Below, piece by piece: positions 9,232-19,156 of a stretch of DNA of 64,000 nucleotides. The position numbers were made by a program, and so were the translations under genes. The stretch is taken from the sequence record MT596505.1; one strand, given 5' to 3'. The notes below the pieces were generated by a model. That model ran no database searches and was not told where the DNA came from. It saw only the letters and a list, made by a program, of their open reading frames with translations. The first letter of the stretch is position 1. Each line of letters starts with the position of its first letter. This stretch comes from Staphylococcus phage vB_SepM_BE08.

Positions 9232-9651
9232 TTAATCTTTCCCCTCCTTTATTGTTTTAATTATTATTACTATAACACCTATCACAATAATTGTCAATAT
9301 AATATATAAAAATAATATTGGATGAATAAAACATAATGCTAATATTGAAAATATACAACCACCTAATATACCACAGAACAATAACTTATACCATTTAACT
9401 TTTTCTTCTTGATTAAAATCATCAAGAAAAAGAATAACTATACTAAATACAGAAAAAAACCAAATAATAGCTGGTATGGTTAAAAAATATGACTGAATAT
9501 TGAAATGATTTAATATTAAACTAGGAAGTATTGCAATAAAAGATATTACACCGAGTATAATAACAATTCCAGCCAAAACTAATAACACTAATATTACAGG
9601 TAATAGTAAATATTCCCACAAATTTTTAAATAATCTTTTAATAAAATTCAT
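9232..9651 (-). CDS. Hypothetical polytopic membrane protein (139 aa)
   Basis: Four hydrophobic helices. Confidence 0.55.
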   Translation of the reverse strand: MNFIKRLFKNLWEYLLLPVILVLLVLAGIVIILGVISFIAILPSLILNHFNIQSYFLTIPAIIWFFSVFSIVILFLDDFNQEEKVKWYKLLFCGILGGCIFSILALCFIHPILFLYIILTIIVIGVIVIIIKTIKEGKD

Positions 9652-9669
9652 ATTTTCCTCCTTTTTAAA

Positions 9670-9888
9670 CTACTTTAAGTAGTCTGTAAATTCATTTATT
9701 ATTGTATCCTTATTACTGATATACAACATGTTGTCGTACTTAACATCATATATTTCAATAAACTCAAATGAATCCAAATCATCTTTTTTATTTAATAAAT
9801 CAGACAAATTATTAAACTTAAGTACTACATCATCCATCCCTCCTGCTGGGTAATATTCAGAATAACTAAATAGTAAAAATCTATACAT
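9670..9888 (-). CDS. Hypothetical protein (72 aa)
   Basis: ORF in the array. Confidence 0.45.
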   Translation of the reverse strand: MYRFLLFSYSEYYPAGGMDDVVLKFNNLSDLLNKKDDLDSFEFIEIYDVKYDNMLYISNKDTIINEFTDYLK

Positions 9889-9933
9889 AATATTTCCTCC
9901 TATAAAAATGATTTTTTTAAAATTTATTTAATA

Positions 9934-10149
9934 TTATAAAATTTTTAAAATATTATCTGATTCATCTACTACTAATATATTTTCGTGTTTTATAGGTACA
10001 TAAACACCGTCTATTTTTACAACAGGTTCATATGTAAAATAACTACCTAATGAACTCTCTCCTGTATCACAATCTACAGTTTTAATCATTGGATAAGCAA
10101 GACTTCTTTCGTATATCCATTTTTCTATATCTACTTTAATTTCTCTCAT
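9934..10149 (-). CDS. Hypothetical protein (71 aa)
   Basis: ORF in the array. Confidence 0.45.
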   Translation of the reverse strand: MREIKVDIEKWIYERSLAYPMIKTVDCDTGESSLGSYFTYEPVVKIDGVYVPIKHENILVVDESDNILKIL

Positions 10150-10177
10150 TATAATTTCTCCTTATAAAATGTATATT

Positions 10178-10687
10178 TTAAATCCTTTCAATTGTATCAG
10201 TGTTTAAATTCAAATAATACTTTACCTTTTTATTTAATCCTCCTTTAGTAAAACCTTCAGATGTTCCTTGCCCTTGCATATAAAAATACTTAAACAGTTC
10301 ATTATTGTATCGTAAGTATATATCCATACCGAAATATGTTTCAATATAAAATGGAGGATATTCCATCACATTATCATTGTAAAAGTTATTGATATACTTA
10401 CAAATAGATTCTAACTTTTGATGCATAAACTCTTCACTTGAATATAGATGTTTATACTTATCTTTATAGAGATACAGAATATCTTCTGTTGAGATACTTC
10501 CGAGTATCTCAATTGTCTCAGTAAACATTTTATTTAAATCAAAATCTTTGTTTTTGGCTTTCTTTAAAATTAAATTTCTTCTATTTTCTTTTTCTTTTAA
10601 TCCATTATTAATGCTTTCTATTTGTTCATCAGTCATATTTGATATATTTTTCAATATTTTATCAAATTTGTCATCTATATTACTCAT
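10178..10687 (-). CDS. Hypothetical protein (169 aa)
   Basis: ORF in the array. Confidence 0.55.
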   Translation of the reverse strand: MSNIDDKFDKILKNISNMTDEQIESINNGLKEKENRRNLILKKAKNKDFDLNKMFTETIEILGSISTEDILYLYKDKYKHLYSSEEFMHQKLESICKYINNFYNDNVMEYPPFYIETYFGMDIYLRYNNELFKYFYMQGQGTSEGFTKGGLNKKVKYYLNLNTDTIERI

Positions 10688-10719
10688 ATAGTATCGCTCC
10701 TTATAAAATGATTCTTTTA

Positions 10720-10914
10720 TTACCTCATATATTTATTCCTATTTACTGTACTTGGTTTTGGTAGCTTATCAATGTCATATTGCTTTACATCTTCATGCAT
10801 ATATGTTTTTAATAATTTATCATTCTTTATAATGTATTTGCTATAATCTTTACTACTATTAAATTCTAAATGGCTTTTATCTTTTAAATTTTCTTTTTTC
10901 TTACCTTTTTCCAT
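10720..10914 (-). CDS. Hypothetical basic protein (64 aa)
   Basis: ORF in the array. Confidence 0.4.
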   Translation of the reverse strand: MEKGKKKENLKDKSHLEFNSSKDYSKYIIKNDKLLKTYMHEDVKQYDIDKLPKPSTVNRNKYMR

Positions 10915-10954
10915 ATTTAAAACTCCTTTACTTTATTGTAGTCTAAGTATATAA

Positions 10955-10984
10955 CAAAAAACACCCAGTGTCAAGGGTGTTTTT
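10955..10984 (-). terminator. Intrinsic (bidirectional-type) terminator after the 10990..12099 gene
   Basis: Stem acaccc/gggtgt with an 8-nt loop, flanked by an A-run and a T-run. Confidence 0.6.
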
Positions 10985-10989
10985 ATAAT

Positions 10990-12099
10990 TTATTCAATAT
11001 ATTCAATATTATCTTTAGTTTCTAATATACCTTTTGCTGTATTATATACTAACTCAGGTTTATCTTCGACATCAAATGGAACAATGTTTTTACTTTTATC
11101 AAGTTCAAACTTTATTTTACTCATTAAGTCTTTAAAACCTACAAAATAACCTTTTCTTTCATCTAGATTATTCTTTTGATACGTGTATGTTCTATCAAAA
11201 GGTTTAACAAAGAATCTATAAGTATTTCTGCCTTTAACATAGTTAAATGATATTGCGTGACTTTCATAATATCTAATACTTGTTTCTTGTAAGATATAAC
11301 CATTAATAGGTATTTTTGTAATACTATCAAAAGCATCTTGGAAATCAGATAAATCATATAATAAGTCATTTGTATAAGATTTAATAGTTTCTAATACATT
11401 ATTTTCAGTAACAAATACGTATTTTAAATCACGAGTAGTAAAACTAGGAATACATATAGCTTCTTTAACATCTCTAAAATTCCCTTTAGAAGATAATATT
11501 ATTTCATTTATTTTTTGTTCTCTATCAGGAACTAATCCTATAATTAAAGGTATATTATTATATTTCAATTCTACATTAATACTCTGACTTTCTATAATAT
11601 ATGGTTTAACTATTTCTTTAATTTTTTGAAAACTTTTGATTTTATTCTCTACAGAAGTTATATTATAGTTTATTTCTTTAAAAATAGAACTTAATGCTTT
11701 ATGTGCTTTATAACCATCTAAAGTATAATCCAAATCATAAATACTCATTAAAAAATAAGATAAAACTTTTTTGTTTAAGCTATTATAAATTTCTAGATTT
11801 AAACTAGGATTTTTATACGAACAATCTAGTTTTAGTAAAAATTTAAAATTTTCATGTCCGTATTTACGTGTACGTTCAAGACTATACTTAGAGTAGTCAC
11901 TAACTTCTACTAAATCAAAGTCCAAATCTTCTTTGATTTTATTTACTAAACTTTTAGCAATATCATACTTGGAAAATAGGAACATATCATCTTTTTTCTT
12001 TATTGTTGGTTCTGGTTTAGACTCGAGAAATGCAAAAATTACACTAAAAATAACTAAAAAAACTACGAAAACTATCATCATACCTAATACAATTTTCAT
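10990..12099 (-). CDS. Hypothetical membrane-anchored protein (369 aa; N-terminal signal anchor)
   Basis: N-terminal IVLGMMIVFVVFLVIFSVIFAFL followed by a large soluble domain. Confidence 0.6.
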   Translation of the reverse strand: MKIVLGMMIVFVVFLVIFSVIFAFLESKPEPTIKKKDDMFLFSKYDIAKSLVNKIKEDLDFDLVEVSDYSKYSLERTRKYGHENFKFLLKLDCSYKNPSLNLEIYNSLNKKVLSYFLMSIYDLDYTLDGYKAHKALSSIFKEINYNITSVENKIKSFQKIKEIVKPYIIESQSINVELKYNNIPLIIGLVPDREQKINEIILSSKGNFRDVKEAICIPSFTTRDLKYVFVTENNVLETIKSYTNDLLYDLSDFQDAFDSITKIPINGYILQETSIRYYESHAISFNYVKGRNTYRFFVKPFDRTYTYQKNNLDERKGYFVGFKDLMSKIKFELDKSKNIVPFDVEDKPELVYNTAKGILETKDNIEYIE

Positions 12100-12152
12100 T
12101 ATTTATACACTCCTTTGTAATTATTTTCATTAGTATCTTCTCCTTTTATTTT

Positions 12153-12662
12153 TTATGAAAATACATCTTTCATTTTGTTATAAGCATCTAATAGTTTATT
12201 ATATTCTTGTTTAGAAATAGTTACTTTTTCTTGTATACTTGATTTTTTAAAATGTTCTTCATAATCTCGTTTACAAGGTCTAACAATATAATCAATTTGT
12301 TTCTTTGGAAAGAGGTGTTTTTCTACGGGTTTATTTCCTTTACCATCTCTATTTTGAGTAATAACAGCTACGTTATCAAAATTATGGTTGTAAACAATGA
12401 TACCATTGAATCCAAATATAGATATTTTTTCTGATACAAATATATCCCCTTCTCTATAATCGTCAGTTTTTAATAATTCTTTGGACTTAATGATTTTCCA
12501 AGAATTAGGTAATTTCTCGTATTTCATTCTACTAGCATTTAACTTAGTTGTATATTTATTTAAAGTTAATCGTTTTACATAATTAGATACTAGATTTGTG
12601 GATTGGTACCCATTAATATTGTTACTTTTTATAAATTTTCCTACGTAATCATTTAAATACAT
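12153..12662 (-). CDS. Hypothetical protein (169 aa)
   Basis: ORF in the array. Confidence 0.55.
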   Translation of the reverse strand: MYLNDYVGKFIKSNNINGYQSTNLVSNYVKRLTLNKYTTKLNASRMKYEKLPNSWKIIKSKELLKTDDYREGDIFVSEKISIFGFNGIIVYNHNFDNVAVITQNRDGKGNKPVEKHLFPKKQIDYIVRPCKRDYEEHFKKSSIQEKVTISKQEYNKLLDAYNKMKDVFS

Positions 12663-12676
12663 GTTTTATTTTCTCC

Positions 12677-12853
12677 TTTATAAATTTTCTAAATGGTATT
12701 TGTAAGAACGTTTTACTTTGTTTAGCTCTTCTAATGCTTTATTTAAACATACAGTATTGATAAGACCATTAGTGTCTAATTTTAAGTACTCTACATCAGT
12801 AATAATTCTTTCTAAAGAATTCACATACTCCTTTAATTGCTCTTCACTTTCCA
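12677..12853 (-). CDS. Small hypothetical protein (58 aa); not in the ORF track
   Basis: ATG at 12853 preceded by an AAAGGAG RBS; TAA at 12677. Confidence 0.45.
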
Positions 12854-13086
12854 TTATATAACTCCTTTCTATATACCTAATGCTATTAAGATAAGGCTTA
12901 CTAAGATAAGCACTACCATAATTAACATTATTAATAGAGGTATGGCTTCTTCTTTATTTCCATCTTTAAATAGTTTAATTACTTCTACTAAAACACTAAA
13001 ACAAATAGCTAAGTAAAATAAAGCTAATACACTTGCTAAAATAATAAAACCTATAACTTTTACTCCTCCTTATTTATTATATATAA

Positions 13087-13115
13087 ACTATAACATAAAA
13101 AAAGACCCCTGTCAA
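13087..13115 (-). promoter_or_regulatory. Sigma-A-like promoter (TTGACA-17-TATAGT); its -35 lies in the loop of the adjacent terminator
   Basis: On the minus strand: ATTGACA inside the hairpin at 13104-13123, 17-nt spacer, -10 TATAGT. Confidence 0.4.
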
Positions 13116-13123
13116 TAGGGGTC
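13097..13123 (-). terminator. Intrinsic terminator after the SPFH gene
   Basis: Stem gacccct/aggggtc with a 6-nt loop, then T7 on the minus strand. Confidence 0.65.
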
Positions 13124-13174
13124 AGTAAAAAATTTTAATACTATTTTAGATTAACAATCGGTTCTTTATCTATA

Positions 13175-13987
13175 TTATTTATGTCTCATATCTAATATAG
13201 CATTTCCTGAATCTGGTAATGTGATAGGTGTATCACCTTTCCATTTTTCGATAAGTTGTTTTTGTAGTAACTCATCTGTTAATGATTCTTCTACAATTTC
13301 ATTTGCTTTCTTAGTACCTTTTGCTTCAATTTCTTTACGTTCAGCTTCTTCTTTAGCAATTTGTTTGTCAACTTTCTTTCTCTCTAATTCTTGATTTGCT
13401 TTAACACGACTGTCAATTGCTTTTTGAGTATTTTTATCTGCTTTTGGAGAACTTAAAGCAATATCTTCAACAATAAAACCTTGACCTTTAAGATTTTCTT
13501 CAAGTTTATCTAAAGTAGATTTTTTAATTTCACTTGTTTTAACACCGAAAGCATCAATTACTGAGTATTTAGAAACAGATTGACGTACGTTATCTTGTAC
13601 TCTTGAACGTAAATAACCTTTTTCTAGCTGTTCAATATCTGCACTACCAAAACGATTAAATAATTCAACTGCTTTTGAGCTATCAACTTTATAGTTTACA
13701 TCAATATCTAAATTAAGGTTTTTACCATCTGACGTTGATACATTCATATCTTTGTAGCTGATAGTTTGTGTTCTTGTAGGATATTCATTTACTCTGTTCA
13801 TAGGTGCTACTAAGTGCCAGCCAGGACTTAGAGTATTATCCTTAACACCTTTAGGTGAGTATACAACACCTACTGTTCCTTGCGGTACTCTTTCAATACT
13901 TAGAAACGCAATTATAATTGCTACAATAATAATAATACCGCCTATAGTTAATCCTAAACCTGCTTTTACTTTACTTTCCATAATCAT
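13175..13987 (-). CDS. SPFH/band-7 (prohibitin/stomatin-like) membrane protein (270 aa)
   Basis: N-terminal TM helix, then RVPQGTVGVVYSPKGV, typical of the start of an SPFH domain. Lys/Glu-rich coiled-coil C-terminus. Confidence 0.65.
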   Translation of the reverse strand: MIMESKVKAGLGLTIGGIIIIVAIIIAFLSIERVPQGTVGVVYSPKGVKDNTLSPGWHLVAPMNRVNEYPTRTQTISYKDMNVSTSDGKNLNLDIDVNYKVDSSKAVELFNRFGSADIEQLEKGYLRSRVQDNVRQSVSKYSVIDAFGVKTSEIKKSTLDKLEENLKGQGFIVEDIALSSPKADKNTQKAIDSRVKANQELERKKVDKQIAKEEAERKEIEAKGTKKANEIVEESLTDELLQKQLIEKWKGDTPITLPDSGNAILDMRHK

Positions 13988-14256
13988 TCTCCTTTTTTAA
14001 TATCTTTATGAAGTTTTTTTAACTCTGATATTTCTTCTTCAAGTTCTTTAATTTGAGATACACTCGATGTTGATGATTCTAATGCTTCTTTTTCATGGTT
14101 TTTTAATTCAATCTCATAGTCAACCATTTTTAATCTCTTATTAATTTCTCTTTTCTCTATTTCTTTCCTTACATACTCAAATAGCTTAGTTGCTCCAATA
14201 ATTATACCTAGTATGATTACTACAAAAATTAAAGCAACTAATAGTAACCAAGCCAT
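13984..14256 (-). CDS. Small membrane/coiled-coil protein (90 aa)
   Basis: N-terminal TM helix LLLVALIFVVIILGIIIGA followed by coiled-coil repeats. Start overlaps the SPFH gene by 4 nt. Confidence 0.55.
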   Translation of the reverse strand: MAWLLLVALIFVVIILGIIIGATKLFEYVRKEIEKREINKRLKMVDYEIELKNHEKEALESSTSSVSQIKELEEEISELKKLHKDIKKGE

Positions 14257-14326
14257 ATATACCTAACCTACTTTCTTCTCTTTAACTATTCTTGTTTAAG
14301 TTTATCTTTTTGTTCAGGTGTTAACA

Positions 14327-16663
14327 TTAACTATCTCTCCAAACTTGATTTATTTCATTATGAGTTCTTCCTGTTTCATTTTTTGCAAATTCTTCTTGCA
14401 TTTTTCTTAAAGTGATAATATCTGTATTCTTAAGTTCTTTTCTAGTTAAATTAGAATAATCACGAACCCAGTAATAAAAAGCTCTTAAACTTTCGTTTTC
14501 TTGTAAAATTCTTTGAATAGGTCGTCTATCATTACCTTTAGCTAAGCTTTCTACGATACCTCTCATGTATTTCCAGTCATTATAGTACTTAGATTTATAC
14601 TTAAACATAAAACCATTTGAATCTTCAAATACATATCCTTCATGTTTAATATCTAAAGAATTATGATTATTCTTATACCAATCATAAAACTCTACCCAAG
14701 TATCGAACATAAGAGACCATGATTTAAAAGGTACTCCGATAGATAAAGCAAATGTATAAGTATTGGAATAACTTTCTTTTTTGAATTCTAAAGTATTATG
14801 AATAATATCTAATAAAACGATATGACTTTTATCATATTCAATGATATGTGGGTCGTTTTCAATATCAATAACTTCAAACACTAAAGTTCTATCATGTTCT
14901 TTAAGATACTTAACGATTGTTTCTACTTGAATATCATCAAACTGCTTATCAAATAAATCTTTAAACCATAGAGCATAATCATTATTATGCTTACTTAAAT
15001 GTGTTTTTGATTTACTACAAAAGACTAAATCATCAATGTTAGAATCAAAGTAAACTAAACCTAAATAACCATTCTCTTTTTTATAACCATATAACGGAAA
15101 TTTAATAATATCAGGTAATGCATCTAATTTTGTCTCAGGTCTTTCATTAATATTGAAAAATTTATTATAACCTCTACCTAAAATTTTATTTACTAGAGTA
15201 TCAATAAATAATCCTCTAGCACTTACTGTTAATTGGTTCCATCTTTTTTTATCAAATGCTTTTTTAGTAAAGTTAACAGATACTACATAATTGTACTGTT
15301 CAATGACTTTGATAGATTTTTTCTCTTCTTTAGCTAAACTTAAATATTTATCTACTGTTAAATCTTTATCAATTGATTTTAAATAGTCTTCATTAACTAA
15401 GAACTTATGATTAAATTTTTCATTTTTAATTAATACGGGGTCAATAGAGTTGTCACTATTAATCGTTACTGCTCTTAAGTAACCACCTTTTTCAACTCTA
15501 CCTTCTAAGTTGATAGAATTTTTTGTTAAATCTAAACGTTCACGATATAAATTTCTATGACCGTGAATCTGAATAACTGAACTATCTTTCCATTTACTGT
15601 CTACATCAAATTCATAACTACCTACACCATTAATAAGTTGATGTGTTGATACTTTATTTAAATTATCTAACATATTAGGTAAGATACCACCATGATTAAT
15701 AACATAGTACTGTCCTCTATAATTAAAGTATAGAACTTGTTGTAAGTTTCTTAAAATAGCACGTACTCGTTTAGGTGTAATACCATTATCAAGGAAAGAT
15801 TTTAACGTGTACACAAAACCTCTAGCTTTAAATACATCTAAGGCTAATTTAAATAGTTTAGTTTTATCATCACTAACTTCATGGAGCTCTTTATACGTAT
15901 CTGTATCTAAGTGAGCATACCTACGTAAATGTCTTTCATGATTACCTTCTAATAATTCTACATTGTCTAAGTTATGGATAAGTTCTAAATAATCAAAAGT
16001 TTCTTTAGGTTCTAAACCTCTATCAAAGTAATCTCCTACAAAAATGAATAATTCGTTAGGGTGGTCTACAATGTAGTTATAACTAGCAAATTCATTTAAA
16101 GCTGTGAAACAAGAATGTACATCACCGATAACATGAATTTTATCATAATGATTTACTTCCATAAAATCTTTATCCCACTCAAGAGAATCTAATACTTCTT
16201 CAGGTTTTAATTCTTTTGCAACGCTAGGAATATGCTCATGTTGTAGTCTTTCATAAATATTCTCAATAACTTCTACAGGAACTTGTTTTAATTTTTCCCT
16301 TTGGTTATTACGTTCAATTAATGTGTCTAAGTCTTCTTCTAAGGTTACTACATAAACACGATAACCATATACTTTAGCTAACTTCTCATATCGTTTAATT
16401 AATTTACCTGTAGAGTGTGTAGCATCAATTACAGTAAATTCACCATTACTCATACGATTCTCTAAAATTTCAAATAATGTTTTCCAAACTAGATTATCTT
16501 TATCTTGAGTAATCGCTATTCTACCTTCTTCATTATAGATAGGTGAACCGAATTGTAATCTTAAAGTGTCTGGACTTAATGTGTAATTTTCTAGTCCTTT
16601 CTCTTTAATAAAAGTAGATTTACCTACACCTGGTACACCTCTCATTAATAATAATTGTTTCAT
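14327..16663 (-). CDS. Trifunctional Pnkp-like protein: P-loop polynucleotide-kinase-like domain, calcineurin-type metallophosphoesterase, and a C-terminal ligase-like nucleotidyltransferase (778 aa)
   Basis: Walker A GVPGVGKST. Phosphoesterase motifs GDVHS, GDYFDRG, GNHE and HGH. Candidate ligase motif I KENG, motif IV EGYVF and motif V FKYKSK in the C-terminal third. Confidence 0.7.
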   Translation of the reverse strand: MKQLLLMRGVPGVGKSTFIKEKGLENYTLSPDTLRLQFGSPIYNEEGRIAITQDKDNLVWKTLFEILENRMSNGEFTVIDATHSTGKLIKRYEKLAKVYGYRVYVVTLEEDLDTLIERNNQREKLKQVPVEVIENIYERLQHEHIPSVAKELKPEEVLDSLEWDKDFMEVNHYDKIHVIGDVHSCFTALNEFASYNYIVDHPNELFIFVGDYFDRGLEPKETFDYLELIHNLDNVELLEGNHERHLRRYAHLDTDTYKELHEVSDDKTKLFKLALDVFKARGFVYTLKSFLDNGITPKRVRAILRNLQQVLYFNYRGQYYVINHGGILPNMLDNLNKVSTHQLINGVGSYEFDVDSKWKDSSVIQIHGHRNLYRERLDLTKNSINLEGRVEKGGYLRAVTINSDNSIDPVLIKNEKFNHKFLVNEDYLKSIDKDLTVDKYLSLAKEEKKSIKVIEQYNYVVSVNFTKKAFDKKRWNQLTVSARGLFIDTLVNKILGRGYNKFFNINERPETKLDALPDIIKFPLYGYKKENGYLGLVYFDSNIDDLVFCSKSKTHLSKHNNDYALWFKDLFDKQFDDIQVETIVKYLKEHDRTLVFEVIDIENDPHIIEYDKSHIVLLDIIHNTLEFKKESYSNTYTFALSIGVPFKSWSLMFDTWVEFYDWYKNNHNSLDIKHEGYVFEDSNGFMFKYKSKYYNDWKYMRGIVESLAKGNDRRPIQRILQENESLRAFYYWVRDYSNLTRKELKNTDIITLRKMQEEFAKNETGRTHNEINQVWRDS

Positions 16664-16680
16664 AATTACCTCTCCTTTTA

Positions 16681-16944
16681 TTATTTAATACTAATAAATT
16701 CTATACTGTTTAAAGGTACCCAAACATCGTCTTCTGTTGAATTACTTGCAAAAAATAGTGAAAATGTATCAGCGTCACAGTTTTTTAACAACTTAATAAG
16801 ACTATCTCTCTCTTCAATTGAAACATTAATATCCATATATTTCCCACTTTTTAGAGCTACTGTGACTTTATATTGTTTTTCTTCTTTAAAATTTTCCATA
16901 TTATTCATTGAAATATCTCCTTTATTTTTTGATATATACATCAT
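16681..16944 (-). CDS. Hypothetical protein (87 aa)
   Basis: ORF in the array. Confidence 0.5.
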   Translation of the reverse strand: MMYISKNKGDISMNNMENFKEEKQYKVTVALKSGKYMDINVSIEERDSLIKLLKNCDADTFSLFFASNSTEDDVWVPLNSIEFISIK

Positions 16945-17269
16945 ATTTAGTGTCTAATTCTCTATTACCTGTTATGAAATAAATTTTACTTTTCTTTGAT
17001 ACTGTATATGTTGTTTTCTTTATATAACTTTTATTACTCTCATGTGCTTTTACGTCAACAGAAGATACTGATGCTATTTCATTGAATTGTTCTGCTGAAA
17101 TTACTGATACATTTTTATCTTTTAAAGCTACTTCTTTAGGTAAAATAATAGTTACTCCTATTAGTAAAATACCTATAAATCCTAAAAATTCAAAACTTTT
17201 TTTTCTCTTTTTTATCCCTACGTACCATGATACTACTGTTAGAATTAAAATAATAAAATAAAAAATCAT
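16922..17269 (-). CDS. Hypothetical membrane-anchored protein (115 aa)
   Basis: N-terminal TM helix. Confidence 0.5.
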   Translation of the reverse strand: MIFYFIILILTVVSWYVGIKKRKKSFEFLGFIGILLIGVTIILPKEVALKDKNVSVISAEQFNEIASVSSVDVKAHESNKSYIKKTTYTVSKKSKIYFITGNRELDTKYDVYIKK

Positions 17270-17322
17270 AATATACCTCCTTTAACTTAACTATAAACTA
17301 TAATAACTTTTTTGTCAAGTAC

Positions 17323-17892
17323 TTATTTAAACTCAATTAAATCTTTATGTACATCTTCAGGTTCTAAATAATACTTTTTAGCGGTTTTAGTTATGCCTAT
17401 TAGTTTATCATTTGTGTTATCCTTATCTACAATCAAACTATTAATTTGCTCTTGTATAATATTTTTCGTATTAGGGTTCTTTGTTTTAATTTTACTTATT
17501 TCTTTTTCATAAATTTTAATTTGAATATCATTACGTTTTTTGATTAAAGGTCTAACTTCTTTATTTAACTTACGTTTAATAAAATCACTAATATCATCTC
17601 TAGTATCCTTTATAGATTCCCAATCAGCTTCATTATCACTCATAATAGTAATAATATTTAAGTGTTTATCAATAACAAGTTTATGCTCTTTAAATACATA
17701 AACTTCTCGACCCTTTTCTTGTTGTGTAACATAAGTAGCTTTATTTAAAGCTTGAGCTACCCACTCTTTTGCTTTCTCTCTTGATGAGTTTTCTACACGC
17801 ATTAAAAATCTTTCATATGCATGGTTTGTTATATTTACGTGTTTACTTAAAATAGGTTTTTTTCTTTCCACTATATTTAGCATGTTTAACAT
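17323..17892 (-). CDS. Hypothetical protein (189 aa)
   Basis: ORF in the array. Confidence 0.55.
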   Translation of the reverse strand: MLNMLNIVERKKPILSKHVNITNHAYERFLMRVENSSREKAKEWVAQALNKATYVTQQEKGREVYVFKEHKLVIDKHLNIITIMSDNEADWESIKDTRDDISDFIKRKLNKEVRPLIKKRNDIQIKIYEKEISKIKTKNPNTKNIIQEQINSLIVDKDNTNDKLIGITKTAKKYYLEPEDVHKDLIEFK

Positions 17893-17952
17893 CTCCTTAT
17901 TTGTTATGTCTTAATGATACTATAATTTATATTAGATGTCAATACTTTTTAT

Positions 17953-17984
17953 AAAAAAAGAAGTGTAGTTTTATACTACACTTC
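17953..17984 (-). terminator. Intrinsic terminator overlapping the 3' end of the 17976..18299 gene
   Basis: 10-bp perfect stem gaagtgtagt/actacacttc with a 5-nt loop, then T7 on the minus strand. Confidence 0.65.
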
Positions 17985-18299
17985 ATCCACTACATTTTGT
18001 GCTTCTTTAAACATTGTATCTTCTAAGTTATAAATCTCACTTAAAGTAAATTGCAATGCGTCACTAATTCTAGATAGTGCAATTCTTTCAGTAACTTTAA
18101 TATTTAATTTAGTAAAGTGTTGTTTTACTAGTCCGTTATCTGTTTCTAATACCGTATCTCCATTAACTTTAATTACAAATTCGTTATTATCTTTGAGTAG
18201 TCGTAATGAACCTACATCAAAAGATTCTAACAATTTAACAATACTATTTAAAATACTTAACTCTGATTCTTTTAATACTGATAATTTTTCATTATTCAT
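17976..18299 (-). CDS. Hypothetical protein (107 aa)
   Basis: ORF in the array. Confidence 0.55.
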   Translation of the reverse strand: MNNEKLSVLKESELSILNSIVKLLESFDVGSLRLLKDNNEFVIKVNGDTVLETDNGLVKQHFTKLNIKVTERIALSRISDALQFTLSEIYNLEDTMFKEAQNVVDEV

Positions 18300-18302
18300 A
18301 TA

Positions 18303-18803
18303 TTAATTCACTCCTTCTTTGTAATGAATTGAATAGCCTTCTACTTGAGATAATAAGAATTCTAAATCTACAGTTGAGTCATGTTCTTTAAACTCGATTA
18401 AAAATGTATTATTTCTATCACTTTTAAATGCATGTTTGAATTTATTAATCTCATTTTCTAAACTATAAACATCATTTTTATTTACTTTAATAACTTTACC
18501 ACTCTTCAAGTTGATAACGAGTTCGGTTGGTCTTTTAATGATGTCAGCATATGTTTCTAGTTCTCTCTTTTGTTTTTCGTGATACTGAATTACTAACGTT
18601 AAATCAGAACCTTTTAGACCTTCTTTATTAAAGTTAGCATTTAAGTCATTACCATTAGATAGTGTGACATGGTTGTCTAGTTTTCTACTTTCTCTAATAA
18701 TTAAGTCCTCATCTTGTAAATGAATAATGATACTTCCTTTACGTACTTCATAATTATATCCATACTGGCTTAACTTATCTTCAATTAAATCTTGATATAA
18801 CAT
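18303..18803 (-). CDS. Hypothetical protein (166 aa)
   Basis: ORF in the array. Confidence 0.55.
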   Translation of the reverse strand: MLYQDLIEDKLSQYGYNYEVRKGSIIIHLQDEDLIIRESRKLDNHVTLSNGNDLNANFNKEGLKGSDLTLVIQYHEKQKRELETYADIIKRPTELVINLKSGKVIKVNKNDVYSLENEINKFKHAFKSDRNNTFLIEFKEHDSTVDLEFLLSQVEGYSIHYKEGVN

Positions 18804-19156
18804 TATTTTTCCACCTTTTTCTTTATTAAATTATCTATATCAGGTTCATTAAATGATTTAATAATATATCTACCTTTCTTATTAAAAATAACATCAAAGA
18901 AACCATCATCTTGTAACCTAATAACTGCTTCAATATTAAACTGCTTTAACTTTTTAAATATTTCTGTTGTCATAGGTGATTCAAAAACAAAAACAACATC
19001 TTTATTTTTTTGTTTATTAACATGTTTTTTATTGAAGTTTGTAATACTACCATAACATAATTTATTTTTCTTGTCAATACCTTTAAAGTATTTTTTCATA
19101 GAATCATTTAAGTATGGTTCTTCTTGTTTTTTATACGGAAATGCTACTATAATCAT
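18803..19156 (-). CDS. Hypothetical protein (117 aa)
   Basis: ORF in the array. Confidence 0.55.
   Translation of the reverse strand: MIIVAFPYKKQEEPYLNDSMKKYFKGIDKKNKLCYGSITNFNKKHVNKQKNKDVVFVFESPMTTEIFKKLKQFNIEAVIRLQDDGFFDVIFNKKGRYIIKSFNEPDIDNLIKKKVEK

Noticed and set aside
11163-11369. Minus-strand ORFs nested in other minus-strand genes (11163..11369, 32302..32583, 39204..39407)
   Set aside because: They are out-of-frame overlaps within larger well-supported genes (membrane protein, Gln-rich protein, 38854..39579) with no independent start signals.
12880-13052. Hydrophobic open frame (about 57 codons) downstream of the terminator/promoter at 13087..13123, preceded by AAGGAGGAG
   Set aside because: No ATG, GTG or TTG is available between the RBS-like sequence and the in-frame stop. 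It would need an AUA/AUU start, so it was not called as a gene.
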